Source: Puniceicoccaceae bacterium
Lineage (GTDB): Bacteria; Verrucomicrobiota; Verrucomicrobiia; Opitutales; JAFGAQ01
Reading direction: 5' to 3'
DNA: 64,000 nt
Assembly (NCBI GenBank): GCA_040224245.1
Contig: JBEGIR010000017.1
Span: 3,611 to 67,610 of the forward strand
Shown here: piece after piece, positions 8,416-17,117 of the stretch
How positions within the stretch are numbered: position 1 is the first letter of the stretch
Layout of the letters: each line of letters begins with the position of its first letter
Notes under the pieces: model-generated
The model's database searches: none
The model's input: only the letters and a program-made list of their open reading frames with translations
What the model was told of the DNA's origin: nothing
Program-made: the position numbers and the translations under genes

Positions 8416-9120
8416 TTGGCGCAATCTGGGTTTCCCTCATCTTTTTTCCAGCCCCGTTTCATGCTAGGAATAGAAAGTCTATTCGTTCAATTGCCGAGAT
8501 ACAAGGAACGCCCACCAATGCTTGATGATGAGGCCGTCAAAAAACTCGAAAAGCTCGCATATGAGCGCGGAAAAAGGGAAACCAAAGCAATCCTTTCCGC
8601 CGAATATGAAGCCAAGCTGGAGAGCGCCCGCGAGCGAGCCTATCGCAAGGGATACCGCGAGGCTGAAAAAGCCGTAAGAGACAAAGCCTTCAAGGAAGGC
8701 CGGAAATTCGCGGAAAAGCAGCTCAAGGCTCACTACGAAAGAGAAAAGACCATCGCCTTTTCCAAAGGCGCAGATGCCGGAGAATCCGAAACCAAAAAAG
8801 TTCTCAAATCCCGCTACCTGCCCGCCTACGAGGCTGACGAGAAAATCGCCTATCACGCCAAAATTGACTTTGTTGAAGACAACTTTACCCAGAGAATCCA
8901 GACCCTGAAGCCAGGGCAGCAGCTCTGCTACGCATTGCGCAACGGCCTTGGCTTTCGAGGCACAAGCGCAGCTCACAAGAGGCATTCAATTGCTCTCAGA
9001 TTCCATGAGCGCAATGAAGTGGTTTTGTTCGTCCGGCCAATACAGAGCGTCGAAATCAATGACGAGGCCAGAGAAGGCCGCTTTGAAACCCAATATGAGT
9101 ATTGCTTGAGGAAGCTATGA
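8416..9120 (+). CDS. Hypothetical charged coiled-coil protein (start uncertain: TTG 8416, ATG 8461 or ATG 8518)
   Basis: Long ORF 4 nt after the upstream stop. It has a K/E/A-rich helical region (AYRKGYREAEKAVRDKAFKEGRKFAEKQL). No catalytic motif was recognised. Confidence 0.45.
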   Translation: MAQSGFPSSFFQPRFMLGIESLFVQLPRYKERPPMLDDEAVKKLEKLAYERGKRETKAILSAEYEAKLESARERAYRKGYREAEKAVRDKAFKEGRKFAEKQLKAHYEREKTIAFSKGADAGESETKKVLKSRYLPAYEADEKIAYHAKIDFVEDNFTQRIQTLKPGQQLCYALRNGLGFRGTSAAHKRHSIALRFHERNEVVLFVRPIQSVEINDEAREGRFETQYEYCLRKL

Positions 9121-10221
9121 TTTAATCCGGTGCTTATCTAAAAGTTTCTTATAGCGATTTCTGAAATTGTTTAGAAAATAAATTTCTTTCTCATATTCTT
9201 GACCATTGATCAGATAGGTGCCTTCAAAATGAGCATCCACATTCATTGTAAGGTTTAGTCCAAATATTCCAAAAATGACATTAATATCATCGTTGATGCT
9301 ACTCATGTAACTGTTCCGTTCTTCCTTGGTTTTTATGATGAAATGAAGGTTGTAATCGACGGCATCTAATATGTTTATCAATCTTGTGAGTGCAAATGGA
9401 TGCTCTCTTTTATCGTCTTCAAGTTTGAATTTATCATCAATCAGCGAAAGTATAGCTACAATAACCATTGCTGAGTAAATAACGCATTTGATCCAGGTTT
9501 TGACTTGATAAGCATCACGAAAAGATACGCCTTTTTCTACAGGCTTAAATCTACCTCTTCCCGGCATTGATGCAAAGAAGGTCGAAATGGCTTGTGCGTC
9601 AGCTTCTAGCTCAAGGCACCTTATTAATACCGGATCACCTTCAATACCGCATCCTTCATGTTCATCTGGAGCCTCATGTAAGCGAGCCACCCCAAATTCC
9701 TCCTTGGCAAGATTTACATGCCCTAGGTTAAAATGAGCTTGTTCGTGAAAAGAAATAAATTTAAAGCAAAGCTCAGAAAGGAAATTTCCAAGTCTTCCTC
9801 GGGACGAAGAATCAATTTCCTCAGGATTGTCTGAGCTGAAAGAGATTCCGGCAACACTCCCCTTGAAGCTCCTCCCTTCGAATAGAAAGCGGTAATCGGT
9901 GCACCTATCTCGAAGCCTACCAATTGATGTATTTACCCATACGGGTAAATCAAAGGGAACTTCTTTGTAAAAGTCTGATATTCCCACAAGAGTTGAAACT
10001 GCATCAAAAACTGCGAGATGAATACCCAGATTAAAATAATATCTAGGAGAATTGTTTTTACTTGCGGAAACAGAAGCGTTAAATCGAGGAGAATCTACAA
10101 GAAAGTAGTTTTTATCTAATATCGAAGAATCTGTTTCAGGCACTTTGATTGAGGGAAAAGATCGAGCAATATGCTCACGAAATACTTCAAATGCACCATT
10201 ATACAGATTGGAGTTGTTCAT
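9115..10221 (-). CDS. Putative zinc metallopeptidase-like protein (HExxH), otherwise unknown
   Basis: Contains FISFHEQAHFNLGH (HExxH) followed by LELEADAQA. The gene is AT-rich (22/60 G+C in a hand-counted sample). I prefer the ATG at 10221 over the TTG at 10314. Confidence 0.5.
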   Translation of the reverse strand: MNNSNLYNGAFEVFREHIARSFPSIKVPETDSSILDKNYFLVDSPRFNASVSASKNNSPRYYFNLGIHLAVFDAVSTLVGISDFYKEVPFDLPVWVNTSIGRLRDRCTDYRFLFEGRSFKGSVAGISFSSDNPEEIDSSSRGRLGNFLSELCFKFISFHEQAHFNLGHVNLAKEEFGVARLHEAPDEHEGCGIEGDPVLIRCLELEADAQAISTFFASMPGRGRFKPVEKGVSFRDAYQVKTWIKCVIYSAMVIVAILSLIDDKFKLEDDKREHPFALTRLINILDAVDYNLHFIIKTKEERNSYMSSINDDINVIFGIFGLNLTMNVDAHFEGTYLINGQEYEKEIYFLNNFRNRYKKLLDKHRIKS

Positions 10222-10358
10222 AGGATATTTGCAGATAACGCTTCCAAAGCATGTCCAAGAACAGGAGGGACACAAAATAACACTCCATAAAAGAAATTTG
10301 AGCCGACTAGGCAATCCAATCGGCTCAAAATTGTCATTTTCCTGAGATGATTGCAGTT

Positions 10359-10640
10359 TTACTGCACGGTCTCCAATTCAATCTTCAAATGGGCTCCTGT
10401 GGCTTTGGCGTAGCGCTTTAAGGTCTCAATCGAAGGATTGGCATTGCCCCCTTCGAGGCGGGCAATCGAACCCTGCGATGTAGACATGAGCTTTGCAACC
10501 TCGGCCTGGGTAAGGTTTGCCCGCATCCTCGCCTGAACGAGAGCCCGAGTGAAATCAAACTCCTCTTCGAGTGCTTCGTATTCCTTCTTGTATTCGGGGT
10601 CTTTCACCCACTTGTTGTGCAAATCTTTGACCTGTTTCAT
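10359..10640 (-). CDS. XRE-family helix-turn-helix antitoxin (HigA-like)
   Basis: LTQAEVAKLMSTSQGSIARLEGGNANPSIETLKRYAKATGAHLKIEL is a classic HTH_3 sequence. It overlaps the upstream toxin gene by 4 nt. Confidence 0.85.
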   Translation of the reverse strand: MKQVKDLHNKWVKDPEYKKEYEALEEEFDFTRALVQARMRANLTQAEVAKLMSTSQGSIARLEGGNANPSIETLKRYAKATGAHLKIELETVQ

Positions 10641-10963
10641 TTCTCAATCTCCTTTGCTCGCTCCAGAGCAAGCTTTATTTCTCTGGTCGGTGTTTTCTGC
10701 ATTTTCTTCAAAAATGCCCTGACAACGACAACCCGCCTGCCTGAGGCACTGACATATAAAGCTCTTGAAATCCCGTCCTTGCCCTTCAGGCGCATTTCCC
10801 AGAGCTTGTCCTGTAAGTGCCGGACATGAGGCATTCCAAGTTGCTGCAATCCAAATTCCTCGATCATCTCCGAAATCCGAACAAACCTTGCCCGCATATC
10901 GGCAGGAAGAGCTTCAAGCTCCTTTTCCACGGTTTCGTTCAGTACGGTTACAATCCAGGACAT
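10637..10963 (-). CDS. Type II toxin, RelE/HigB superfamily (phage Gp49-like, DUF891)
   Basis: From the ATG at 10963: MSWIVTVLNETVEKELEALPADMRARF...LWEMRLKGKDGISRALYV...VVVVRAFLKKMQKTPTREIKLALERAKE. This matches the Gp49-like toxin pattern. Confidence 0.8.
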   Translation of the reverse strand: MSWIVTVLNETVEKELEALPADMRARFVRISEMIEEFGLQQLGMPHVRHLQDKLWEMRLKGKDGISRALYVSASGRRVVVVRAFLKKMQKTPTREIKLALERAKEIEK

Positions 10964-11091
10964 CTCATTTCCAATATACCATATGTGGTATAATTTTGTC
11001 AATCGAGTTTTCTGATTTCTGCGCTCCGACAACCTTGAGAATTCGGCATTTGTGCTGCTTGTTTATATAAACAGCCGCCTTCACAGCATCT

Positions 11092-11166
11092 TCGGACAAT
11101 CATGATTGTCCGACTTTATGTAAATGGGCGCTGTCTCAAAGTCACCGAACTATCATGATAGTTCGG
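11092..11166. promoter_or_regulatory. Two perfect 22-bp palindromes (candidate operators)
   Basis: TCGGACAATCATGATTGTCCGA (11092-11113) and CCGAACTATCATGATAGTTCGG (11145-11166). Both are perfect palindromes centred on ATCATGAT, with centres 53 bp apart. They lie upstream of the toxin-antitoxin operon. Confidence 0.4.
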
Positions 11167-11248
11167 ATTTCTTAGGTTGGCGTGAAACACTTCGGATATT
11201 TTGTTTCAGTCAATCAAATTTGCCCTGTTTTTGGTAGTGGTTTTCCCC

Positions 11249-11812
11249 TCAATCCCGCATGTCAGGCCAGATTTTCTGCGCTTCGTTGTATTCTTCCTCA
11301 TTGACGATATCCAGATAAATGGCCGTGTTTTTGAGGTTTTCATGGCCGAGCCATTTTTTGACGGTTGTGATCGGCGTTTTCTCCAGCAGGTAGGAAATGG
11401 CGTAAGTGTGGCGCAGGGCTTTGGGGCATGCCTTTGAACCGCTGAGATTGGCGATTGTCATGTATTTCTTGACGATCCGCCATCCTGTGGAGCGGGAGAA
11501 CGGGAATACGCGCTCATGCGCTTTCTTGCCCTGGGTCTGGCGTTTTAGCATTTCCAGCAGCGCGGGCGGGATGAAAATGGCTCTGTGCTTGGGGTGTCTG
11601 CGTTGCTTGAGGGTGCGGAAAACCAGATATCGTTCCTCGAAGTCTACGGAGGAAACCGAGAGGCGGAGGGCTTCTGAAATCCTGCATCCGGTGAAAAACA
11701 GCGTCAGGCAGAAGGCTTTTTCTGCGGGAAGGGGCGATTTGAGGACAGCATCAAGGAAAGCCGTTCGCTCGTTGCGGCTCAGGTATTTTCGCTCTCCAAG
11801 TTGGTCGAACAT
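11249..11812 (-). CDS. Short tyrosine recombinase (catalytic domain only)
   Basis: TGCRISEALRL (Arg), ALRHTYA (His-x-x-Arg region), LGHENLKNTAIYLDI (catalytic Tyr). At 187 aa it lacks an N-terminal SAM-like arm domain. Confidence 0.8.
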   Translation of the reverse strand: MFDQLGERKYLSRNERTAFLDAVLKSPLPAEKAFCLTLFFTGCRISEALRLSVSSVDFEERYLVFRTLKQRRHPKHRAIFIPPALLEMLKRQTQGKKAHERVFPFSRSTGWRIVKKYMTIANLSGSKACPKALRHTYAISYLLEKTPITTVKKWLGHENLKNTAIYLDIVNEEEYNEAQKIWPDMRD

Positions 11813-12005
11813 GATCCTCGTGCCTCATCTCAATGCCTAAAGGGAATGAAACCCTTTATCCGTTTTGTTTCATTCTATGAGCCGACCTGAAGAACATACC
11901 ATAGCCTCCACCCCTCCAAAACCCTTGTACTTTATGTCATACAATGGTATAAAGGATTCCATAAGTGGCAGGATAGCCATAGATGAACAGAGGAGGAACC
12001 GGGTC

Positions 12006-12545
12006 ATGAGTAAAGGCTTGGTCAAACATTTCAGGCAGACCGCCACAGGTCTTCTCACGGCGCTGACCGCAATCGCGCCGATTTCCGCGTTTTCTCAGGC
12101 GAACGCCAAGGCGGAGGCTGATGCCGTGCCAGCAAAAGATTCCGTGACCTTTGAAGACATCTGGTTTGATGACACCCGCGATGCCAAAAAAATGGACGCG
12201 ATGGATGTCTACAATGCTTCAATTGGTGATAAGCAGGGGCAAATTATTTTGTACTATTCTGATGGTTTCTCTGAGTCAGCAGTTGAATTTGTACATGACA
12301 ACCTTGAGAGCACAGGCTTCAGGGTTTTCCTAGCTAAGGGGCTTCCCCTTAATCCTGGCGATAAACCGCAAATGATGGGTATGATTAATGGCCACTATGC
12401 AGGTTCTTGGGATTTGGAACAAACCCTCCGCGCCATTCCCAGTTTAGATATTGAAGAAAAAGCAGAAGAGCTTAACATAAAACCACGTCCGAAAATAGCA
12501 AATGTCGACGGTGCTGACATTCTCGCGCTCAACAATCCATCTTAA
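12006..12545 (+). CDS. Hypothetical secreted protein
   Basis: The ATG at 12006 is preceded by GGAGGA. The N-terminus MSKGLVKHFRQTATGLLTALTAIAPISAFSQANA looks like a signal peptide. Confidence 0.5.
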   Translation: MSKGLVKHFRQTATGLLTALTAIAPISAFSQANAKAEADAVPAKDSVTFEDIWFDDTRDAKKMDAMDVYNASIGDKQGQIILYYSDGFSESAVEFVHDNLESTGFRVFLAKGLPLNPGDKPQMMGMINGHYAGSWDLEQTLRAIPSLDIEEKAEELNIKPRPKIANVDGADILALNNPS

Positions 12546-12550
12546 AAAAC

Positions 12551-13477
12551 TTAGACTACAGGCGTCGGCGCACTGGCTACGCCTGGCATTTGCACATCCT
12601 CTTCTGGAGTTTGGCGTGAAGCCATAATCGCATTGCTTTTTTGTTCTTCACTTTCAAAGAGATGTTCATATTCGCCATCACGCGGCAAGTTTGACTTAGC
12701 TTCATCGGAAAGCCCCGCAAAGAGCTTCTTTTCCATGCCAGTTTTCATCGCTTCCGGCAGAGGCTTTTTCATCAATTCGCCGCGCTCTCTCTCAAAATCG
12801 TCAAGCTCTTGTACGACAGCACTCAACCCATCATCCTCTATGTCACGAGCAACGCGACCTAATTGTTTATTGTCATCATAATCCTGATCAGCAACCTGCT
12901 TTTCTTCTATCTCTGCTCCTTGCGCTTGTATGGAATTCCGCTGCTCGGGGTCTAGCGCATCACGCGCTGCAGCCTTATCCCTCAAGTTATTTGTGTTTTC
13001 CTCAATCCGCCCATCAAGCACTTGAAGTTGCTCTTCCTTGCTCATGGCAAAGAATTCATCTGGATCAATCCCGAGACGTTCGATCAACTCCATATGCTCA
13101 GGGTTTTGCTGGTCGAATTCACCATTTTCAATCAGATCGCGCAATTCCATCAAGTCATCGCGCTCCATCTGAAGATATTCGATCTCTCGATTGATCTGTT
13201 GAAGCTGTAGCAACAGATAGGTAGTGTGATCGTCCTTCTTGTCCTTTTTGTCTTTCCCACCACCATTGAGAAGCCCTTCTGATACTTTGGAAATCACAGC
13301 GTATGCGGTTTGATCAGGTGAAATTTTACCACCCAATGCCATCTGCAATGCCTGTAGCTCAGCCTTTTCATCCGCTGCATGAAATGCATCCATTACAGAC
13401 CCGTCATCGTCCAGATACGGATTATCCGCTCCCACACGATCTAGAATCTCTGCTTTTTGTTGTGATAGATTCCCCAT
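12551..13477 (-). CDS. Hypothetical, strongly acidic coiled-coil protein
   Basis: 308-aa ORF, D/E-rich throughout (for example DIEDDGLSAVVQELDDFERERGE). No known motif was recognised. Confidence 0.5.
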   Translation of the reverse strand: MGNLSQQKAEILDRVGADNPYLDDDGSVMDAFHAADEKAELQALQMALGGKISPDQTAYAVISKVSEGLLNGGGKDKKDKKDDHTTYLLLQLQQINREIEYLQMERDDLMELRDLIENGEFDQQNPEHMELIERLGIDPDEFFAMSKEEQLQVLDGRIEENTNNLRDKAAARDALDPEQRNSIQAQGAEIEEKQVADQDYDDNKQLGRVARDIEDDGLSAVVQELDDFERERGELMKKPLPEAMKTGMEKKLFAGLSDEAKSNLPRDGEYEHLFESEEQKSNAIMASRQTPEEDVQMPGVASAPTPVV

Positions 13478-13784
13478 TTGTGAACCTGCCCCCTGTTTTT
13501 GTAGTCCTGTTCTTGGGTGCTTTTAAATGCACCTTCTCGACCCTTCTATTGTATTGCACAAACCCTTAATAAAGAGTGAAGAAAATCGTATTTATCTATT
13601 TGTTTACAATGGGTTAATGATCATATTTAAAGTAAATTTTAGAGAAATTTGTCTCAAATTTTATCTATATTTAGAAGATGTTGTTTTGGAGGGGTTTTCA
13701 GAAATATTTGACGTGTAGCGTATGTCATTTCCTTCAAGAATGTTACAAGATAAAAATAGGTAATAATGAACCATGGAGCTGTAA

Positions 13785-14738
13785 ATGAGCGATGAGCCAA
13801 ATCAAGATTTTGACCTGAAAAAGTTTCAAAAATCGATGGATCGCACTCACCAACACTACGAAAAGAGAATAAAAATTCTCAATGAGCACATTCGTGAAAT
13901 CGAAAGAAAAGCCAAAGAGGAAAACTATGCGGGTAGCGAGGTCGAACAACTGAAAGACGATTTGGACAGAGCCAGAAAGGCAGAAAATAAGGTATACGCA
14001 GAACTGAAGAAAAGCCGTGAATCCCTGATCAAAGCCCAAGACGCTCTCTTTGAGAAGCTCAGGGAAATTGAGAACCTCAAGGAGATCATTGAAAGGCTGA
14101 AAAATGAGAAACCCACAAAGGCTAGAATTCAGCGCCATGCCATAGAACAGGCCAGAGAACAAATTGCGGCAGAAGCGCAGGAGACCTTGTTATCCGAGAG
14201 GATCAAGCATGAGGATGAGATTCACGCACTCAAAAAGGAACACAGCCAAAAAATTGACAAACTGAACCGCCGGATTTCAGCCCACAAGGTCAGAGAGCGC
14301 AAGGAAGTCGCAGAAACCACCCCTGAGACTTTGGCCGACTTGAAAAGAGTCCATAGGGCAGAGAAAAAGAAACTCCTTGAGGGCAATAATAGAGCTGTCA
14401 AACAAGCTCGAAATCAGGGCTATAAACAAGGATATGAGGAAGCGCGGGAAAAAATCGAGGAATCCATCCTCCAAAAAGCTAATCGTGATGATCGCCCGAA
14501 CAATCCAAACGGTAAAAAGAATGAATGGGAGGAAATCCAGAGCAAGAAATCAGAGGTTAGGATTATTGAGCAGACAGGCCTTGAAAATGAGCTGCAATAC
14601 CATGAATTCTGGTTCAATGCCTACATCGATGGATCGATGAAACCCTTCCCTGATAGACAATCCGCCGACAAGGAAGCAGGAATTGCCCGAAAAGCGAGGG
14701 TCAAGGTGATCTGGAAAGACGGCCAGCTCGATGAATAA
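13785..14738 (+). CDS. Hypothetical K/E-rich coiled-coil protein
   Basis: 317-aa ORF, divergent from 12551-13477 across an AT-rich 307-bp spacer. Long heptad-like K/E/R stretches. Shares a QGYKQGYEEAREK-type motif with the 8416-9120 protein. Confidence 0.5.
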   Translation: MSDEPNQDFDLKKFQKSMDRTHQHYEKRIKILNEHIREIERKAKEENYAGSEVEQLKDDLDRARKAENKVYAELKKSRESLIKAQDALFEKLREIENLKEIIERLKNEKPTKARIQRHAIEQAREQIAAEAQETLLSERIKHEDEIHALKKEHSQKIDKLNRRISAHKVRERKEVAETTPETLADLKRVHRAEKKKLLEGNNRAVKQARNQGYKQGYEEAREKIEESILQKANRDDRPNNPNGKKNEWEEIQSKKSEVRIIEQTGLENELQYHEFWFNAYIDGSMKPFPDRQSADKEAGIARKARVKVIWKDGQLDE

Positions 14739-14871
14739 AAAAAAGGCCGAGCGGGGATGCTCGGCCAGAAGTCTTCTAAAAGATAAAACATAAGAGGCAT
14801 CAAGATGATGGCTCTTGAAGGTATCCTGCCATCAATTCCTTAACGAATGGTTAAAGGCAGAAATTTTTTTA

Positions 14872-15267
14872 TCATCGCTCGCGGGTGCGTTCTTCGCTAC
14901 GTGATTGTTCGCTCTGCCGTCCGGCCTGCGCCCGCCGGTTTGCGCGGTTCTGTTCGAAGCTGCGCTCAAGATATTGCTTGGGTGATAGTCCGAATTGCCG
15001 CTCGAATTTCTCCGAAAGCTCGCGTTTGGCGGCGCGGCTGGACATCCCTGCTCCGGCAGCATAGCCCAGAGAGAAATCCTCCAGCCGGTAATTGTACCGG
15101 CCACTGCGGTCGATAGTGGATTTCAAGCTGTAGAGCAGCTCATTTTCCGGCTCTGCGTAGCGCTCTGCATTGGCCTTGTCAATTTCCTTGTCTGTTGCCT
15201 GATTGTCAGTCGGTAGTGATTTTACGTTTTCCATTTTTTTCCTCTGGTTGATATTAAGGTTACCCAT
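14872..15267 (-). CDS. Hypothetical protein (alternative start ATG 15234, preceded by AGAGGA)
   Basis: ORF of 131 aa (120 aa from 15234). The tail is basic. No motif was recognised. Confidence 0.4.
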   Translation of the reverse strand: MGNLNINQRKKMENVKSLPTDNQATDKEIDKANAERYAEPENELLYSLKSTIDRSGRYNYRLEDFSLGYAAGAGMSSRAAKRELSEKFERQFGLSPKQYLERSFEQNRANRRAQAGRQSEQSRSEERTRER

Positions 15268-15706
15268 GGATACGCCGCAGACCTCCGGCTTGTCCGAGAA
15301 AAACGGAGGATCGTTGCCGGATCCTCCGTATCCTTGGTTATCTCACGACCAGTAGCGTGATTTCTAAAAAGAAGTGGAATTTGATCTTTTTGAAGAATTT
15401 CATGATTTACTCCTCTCTTTCGCTAGAGCCAACCCATTTGGCTCTTTCTTGAGGAGGCATGGCCATAATCCAAGAGACGCTTTTGCACTTTCAACACGGT
15501 GGAACCGACAGGTTCCAAGGTGCGGGCAGACAATTGCAAAACCGGCGGTATTACTGGCAAAACGAAATCAATAAAGACCAAGGGGAGGAATCTTTTTCGA
15601 AACGGGGCAGATCGTATCTGTGTCAATAAGGCAGATTTTAACCGGATTTTAGTCAAATTGTGCTCAACTGGTAGTAGTGAGCTAACTTTATGAAAAATGG
15701 GAGGAT

Positions 15707-16027
15707 GTGGTGGTCTATCCCAACAATCATTTTACCGTTAAGGAACTGGCGAAGCATTGGAACTGCTCCGAAGGCTTTGTGAGAGCCAGAATCAATGACG
15801 GTTCCCTGGAATATTTGAAAATGGGAAGCATGTACCGTATAACAAGAGAAGCTGTACATAATTACGAGGGAGGCTGTAGATGCCAAGAACAGCTCGACCT
15901 GTTCCCGAATTCAAACTTAGCAAAATCGGGGATAAGAAAAACTTTTACCTCTGCTGGTCAGAGAACAGGCGTTCAAGACGGATTTCAACGGGCACAGATG
16001 ATCCTGGCAGAGCGCAACAATTCCTAG
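15707..16027 (+). CDS. Excisionase-type HTH (HTH_17/MerR-like) DNA-binding protein
   Basis: GTG start preceded by GGGAGGA. FTVKELAKHWNCSEGFVRARINDGSLEYLKMGSMYRITREAV matches the excisionase-family HTH pattern. The 3' end overlaps the integrase start by 148 nt. Confidence 0.6.
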   Translation: MVVYPNNHFTVKELAKHWNCSEGFVRARINDGSLEYLKMGSMYRITREAVHNYEGGCRCQEQLDLFPNSNLAKSGIRKTFTSAGQRTGVQDGFQRAQMILAERNNS

Positions 16028-16926
16028 CTGATTTCATCAATGGCTGGAATGCACCTCCTCCAAAAGAGGAAATCACATGTGATGACGTGATAAAGAGGTA
16101 TCTGGATCACAAAGACGATACCTATGAATCGGATTACAGATCACGACAAGCATTCCAAAGCCTTGTAGTGAGCCTTGACCCCATATCTGACTATTTTGGG
16201 AGCTATTCGCCCGAAAGCATCAGCAGGCAACAATCCCGAGAATACATCGAATTTCAGAGAAAGAACGAAAAGGCCAATGCTACCATTCGCAGGCAACTAG
16301 CGATTTTCACGGCAGCACTCAATTTCGCTCATGCAGAGGGCTGGATAGGCAAAGTTCCGATTTTAGAAAAACCCAAAGAACCACCTCCAAAAGACAAATG
16401 GATGACACCTGAGCAGGTTCGAACCTTCCTAGACCAGTGTCGAACACCTCACATTCGCCTTTTTACCCAACTGGCTCTGCACACACTTTCGCGAAAAGCA
16501 GCCATTCTGGACTTGAAATGGTCACAGGTTGATCTTGACCGCAGGTTGATCAATTTCAATCCTCCAGGACGCACACAGACGAAAAAAAGACGTGTTCCAG
16601 TCGGAATCAATGACAACCTGTATTCAGCTCTGAAAGAAGCCGCTGAATTTGGCCAGACAGAATATGTAATCGAGTTCAACGGAAAGCGTGTTATCGATAA
16701 CAAAAAGGCATTCGCAAGGGTAGCCAAACGCGCAGGGATGCCATGGGTCACTCCACACGTTTTAAGACATACCGGAGCAACTCTACTTGCGCAACGGGGA
16801 GTTCCTCTCTGGGAAATTGCAGGAATAATGGGTGATAGACTGACCACCGTTGAGAAGCACTACGCCAAGCATCACCCGGATTATCTGAAAAAAGCGATAG
16901 ATACGCTCGATGATCTCTACGGATAA
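15880..16926 (+). CDS. Tyrosine-type site-specific integrase
   Basis: N-terminal arm/SAM-like region, TLSRKAAILDLKW (Arg region), HVLRHTGATLLAQRGVPLWEIAGIMGD..TTVEKHYAKH (HxxR ... Y). Confidence 0.9.
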   Translation: MPRTARPVPEFKLSKIGDKKNFYLCWSENRRSRRISTGTDDPGRAQQFLADFINGWNAPPPKEEITCDDVIKRYLDHKDDTYESDYRSRQAFQSLVVSLDPISDYFGSYSPESISRQQSREYIEFQRKNEKANATIRRQLAIFTAALNFAHAEGWIGKVPILEKPKEPPPKDKWMTPEQVRTFLDQCRTPHIRLFTQLALHTLSRKAAILDLKWSQVDLDRRLINFNPPGRTQTKKRRVPVGINDNLYSALKEAAEFGQTEYVIEFNGKRVIDNKKAFARVAKRAGMPWVTPHVLRHTGATLLAQRGVPLWEIAGIMGDRLTTVEKHYAKHHPDYLKKAIDTLDDLYG

Positions 16927-16948
16927 GTGCGCACCAGTGCGCACTTAT
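16923..16948. repeat. Palindrome ATAAGTGCGCAC-CA-GTGCGCACTTAT (copy 1)
   Basis: 12-bp perfect arms with a 2-nt spacer. It overlaps the integrase stop codon. It is related to the copy at 17118-17149. Confidence 0.8.
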
Positions 16949-16984
16949 TACAATTTCGAATTCCGGCTAAGTTATTGAATTTAT

Positions 16985-17029
16985 TGGAGCGAGTGAAGGG
17001 ATTCGAACCCTCGACCCCAACCTTGGCAA
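16985..17029 (-). other. Isolated 3' half of a tRNA-Gly(GCC) gene (45 nt, anticodon loop to CCA): att-type sequence
   Basis: The reverse complement is TTGCCAA-GGTTG-GGGTC-GAGGG-TTCGAAT-CCCTT-CACTCGC-T-CCA. That reads as anticodon loop (GCC), the 3' anticodon stem strand, variable loop, T arm, acceptor 3' strand, discriminator U and CCA. Upstream sequence (CTGAA) cannot pair with GGTTG, and no GCGAGTG 5' acceptor strand is present. Confidence 0.75.
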
Positions 17030-17117
17030 TTCAGAGGATTTCGCTGTATATGGCGGTTTTCTGCGATTCATCATATTGATAAAATGCCATTTTTCGCATG
17101 AAAGCGTATGTAGTAAG

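Noticed and set aside
15304-15328. Isolated 9-bp-stem hairpin CGGAGGATC-GTTGCCG-GATCCTCCG upstream of ORF 14872-15267
   Set aside because: It is a single hairpin with no U-tract, no partner repeat and no clear relation to a promoter or att site. That is insufficient to assign a function.
16985-17029. Considered whether the tRNA-like fragment is a tmRNA (ssrA) 3' end, a common island target
   Set aside because: The T stem abuts a 7-nt acceptor strand, then U and CCA, and the 5' boundary is a TTGCCAA loop with anticodon GCC. This matches tRNA-Gly(GCC) position for position. A tmRNA reading would leave unpaired extra bases.
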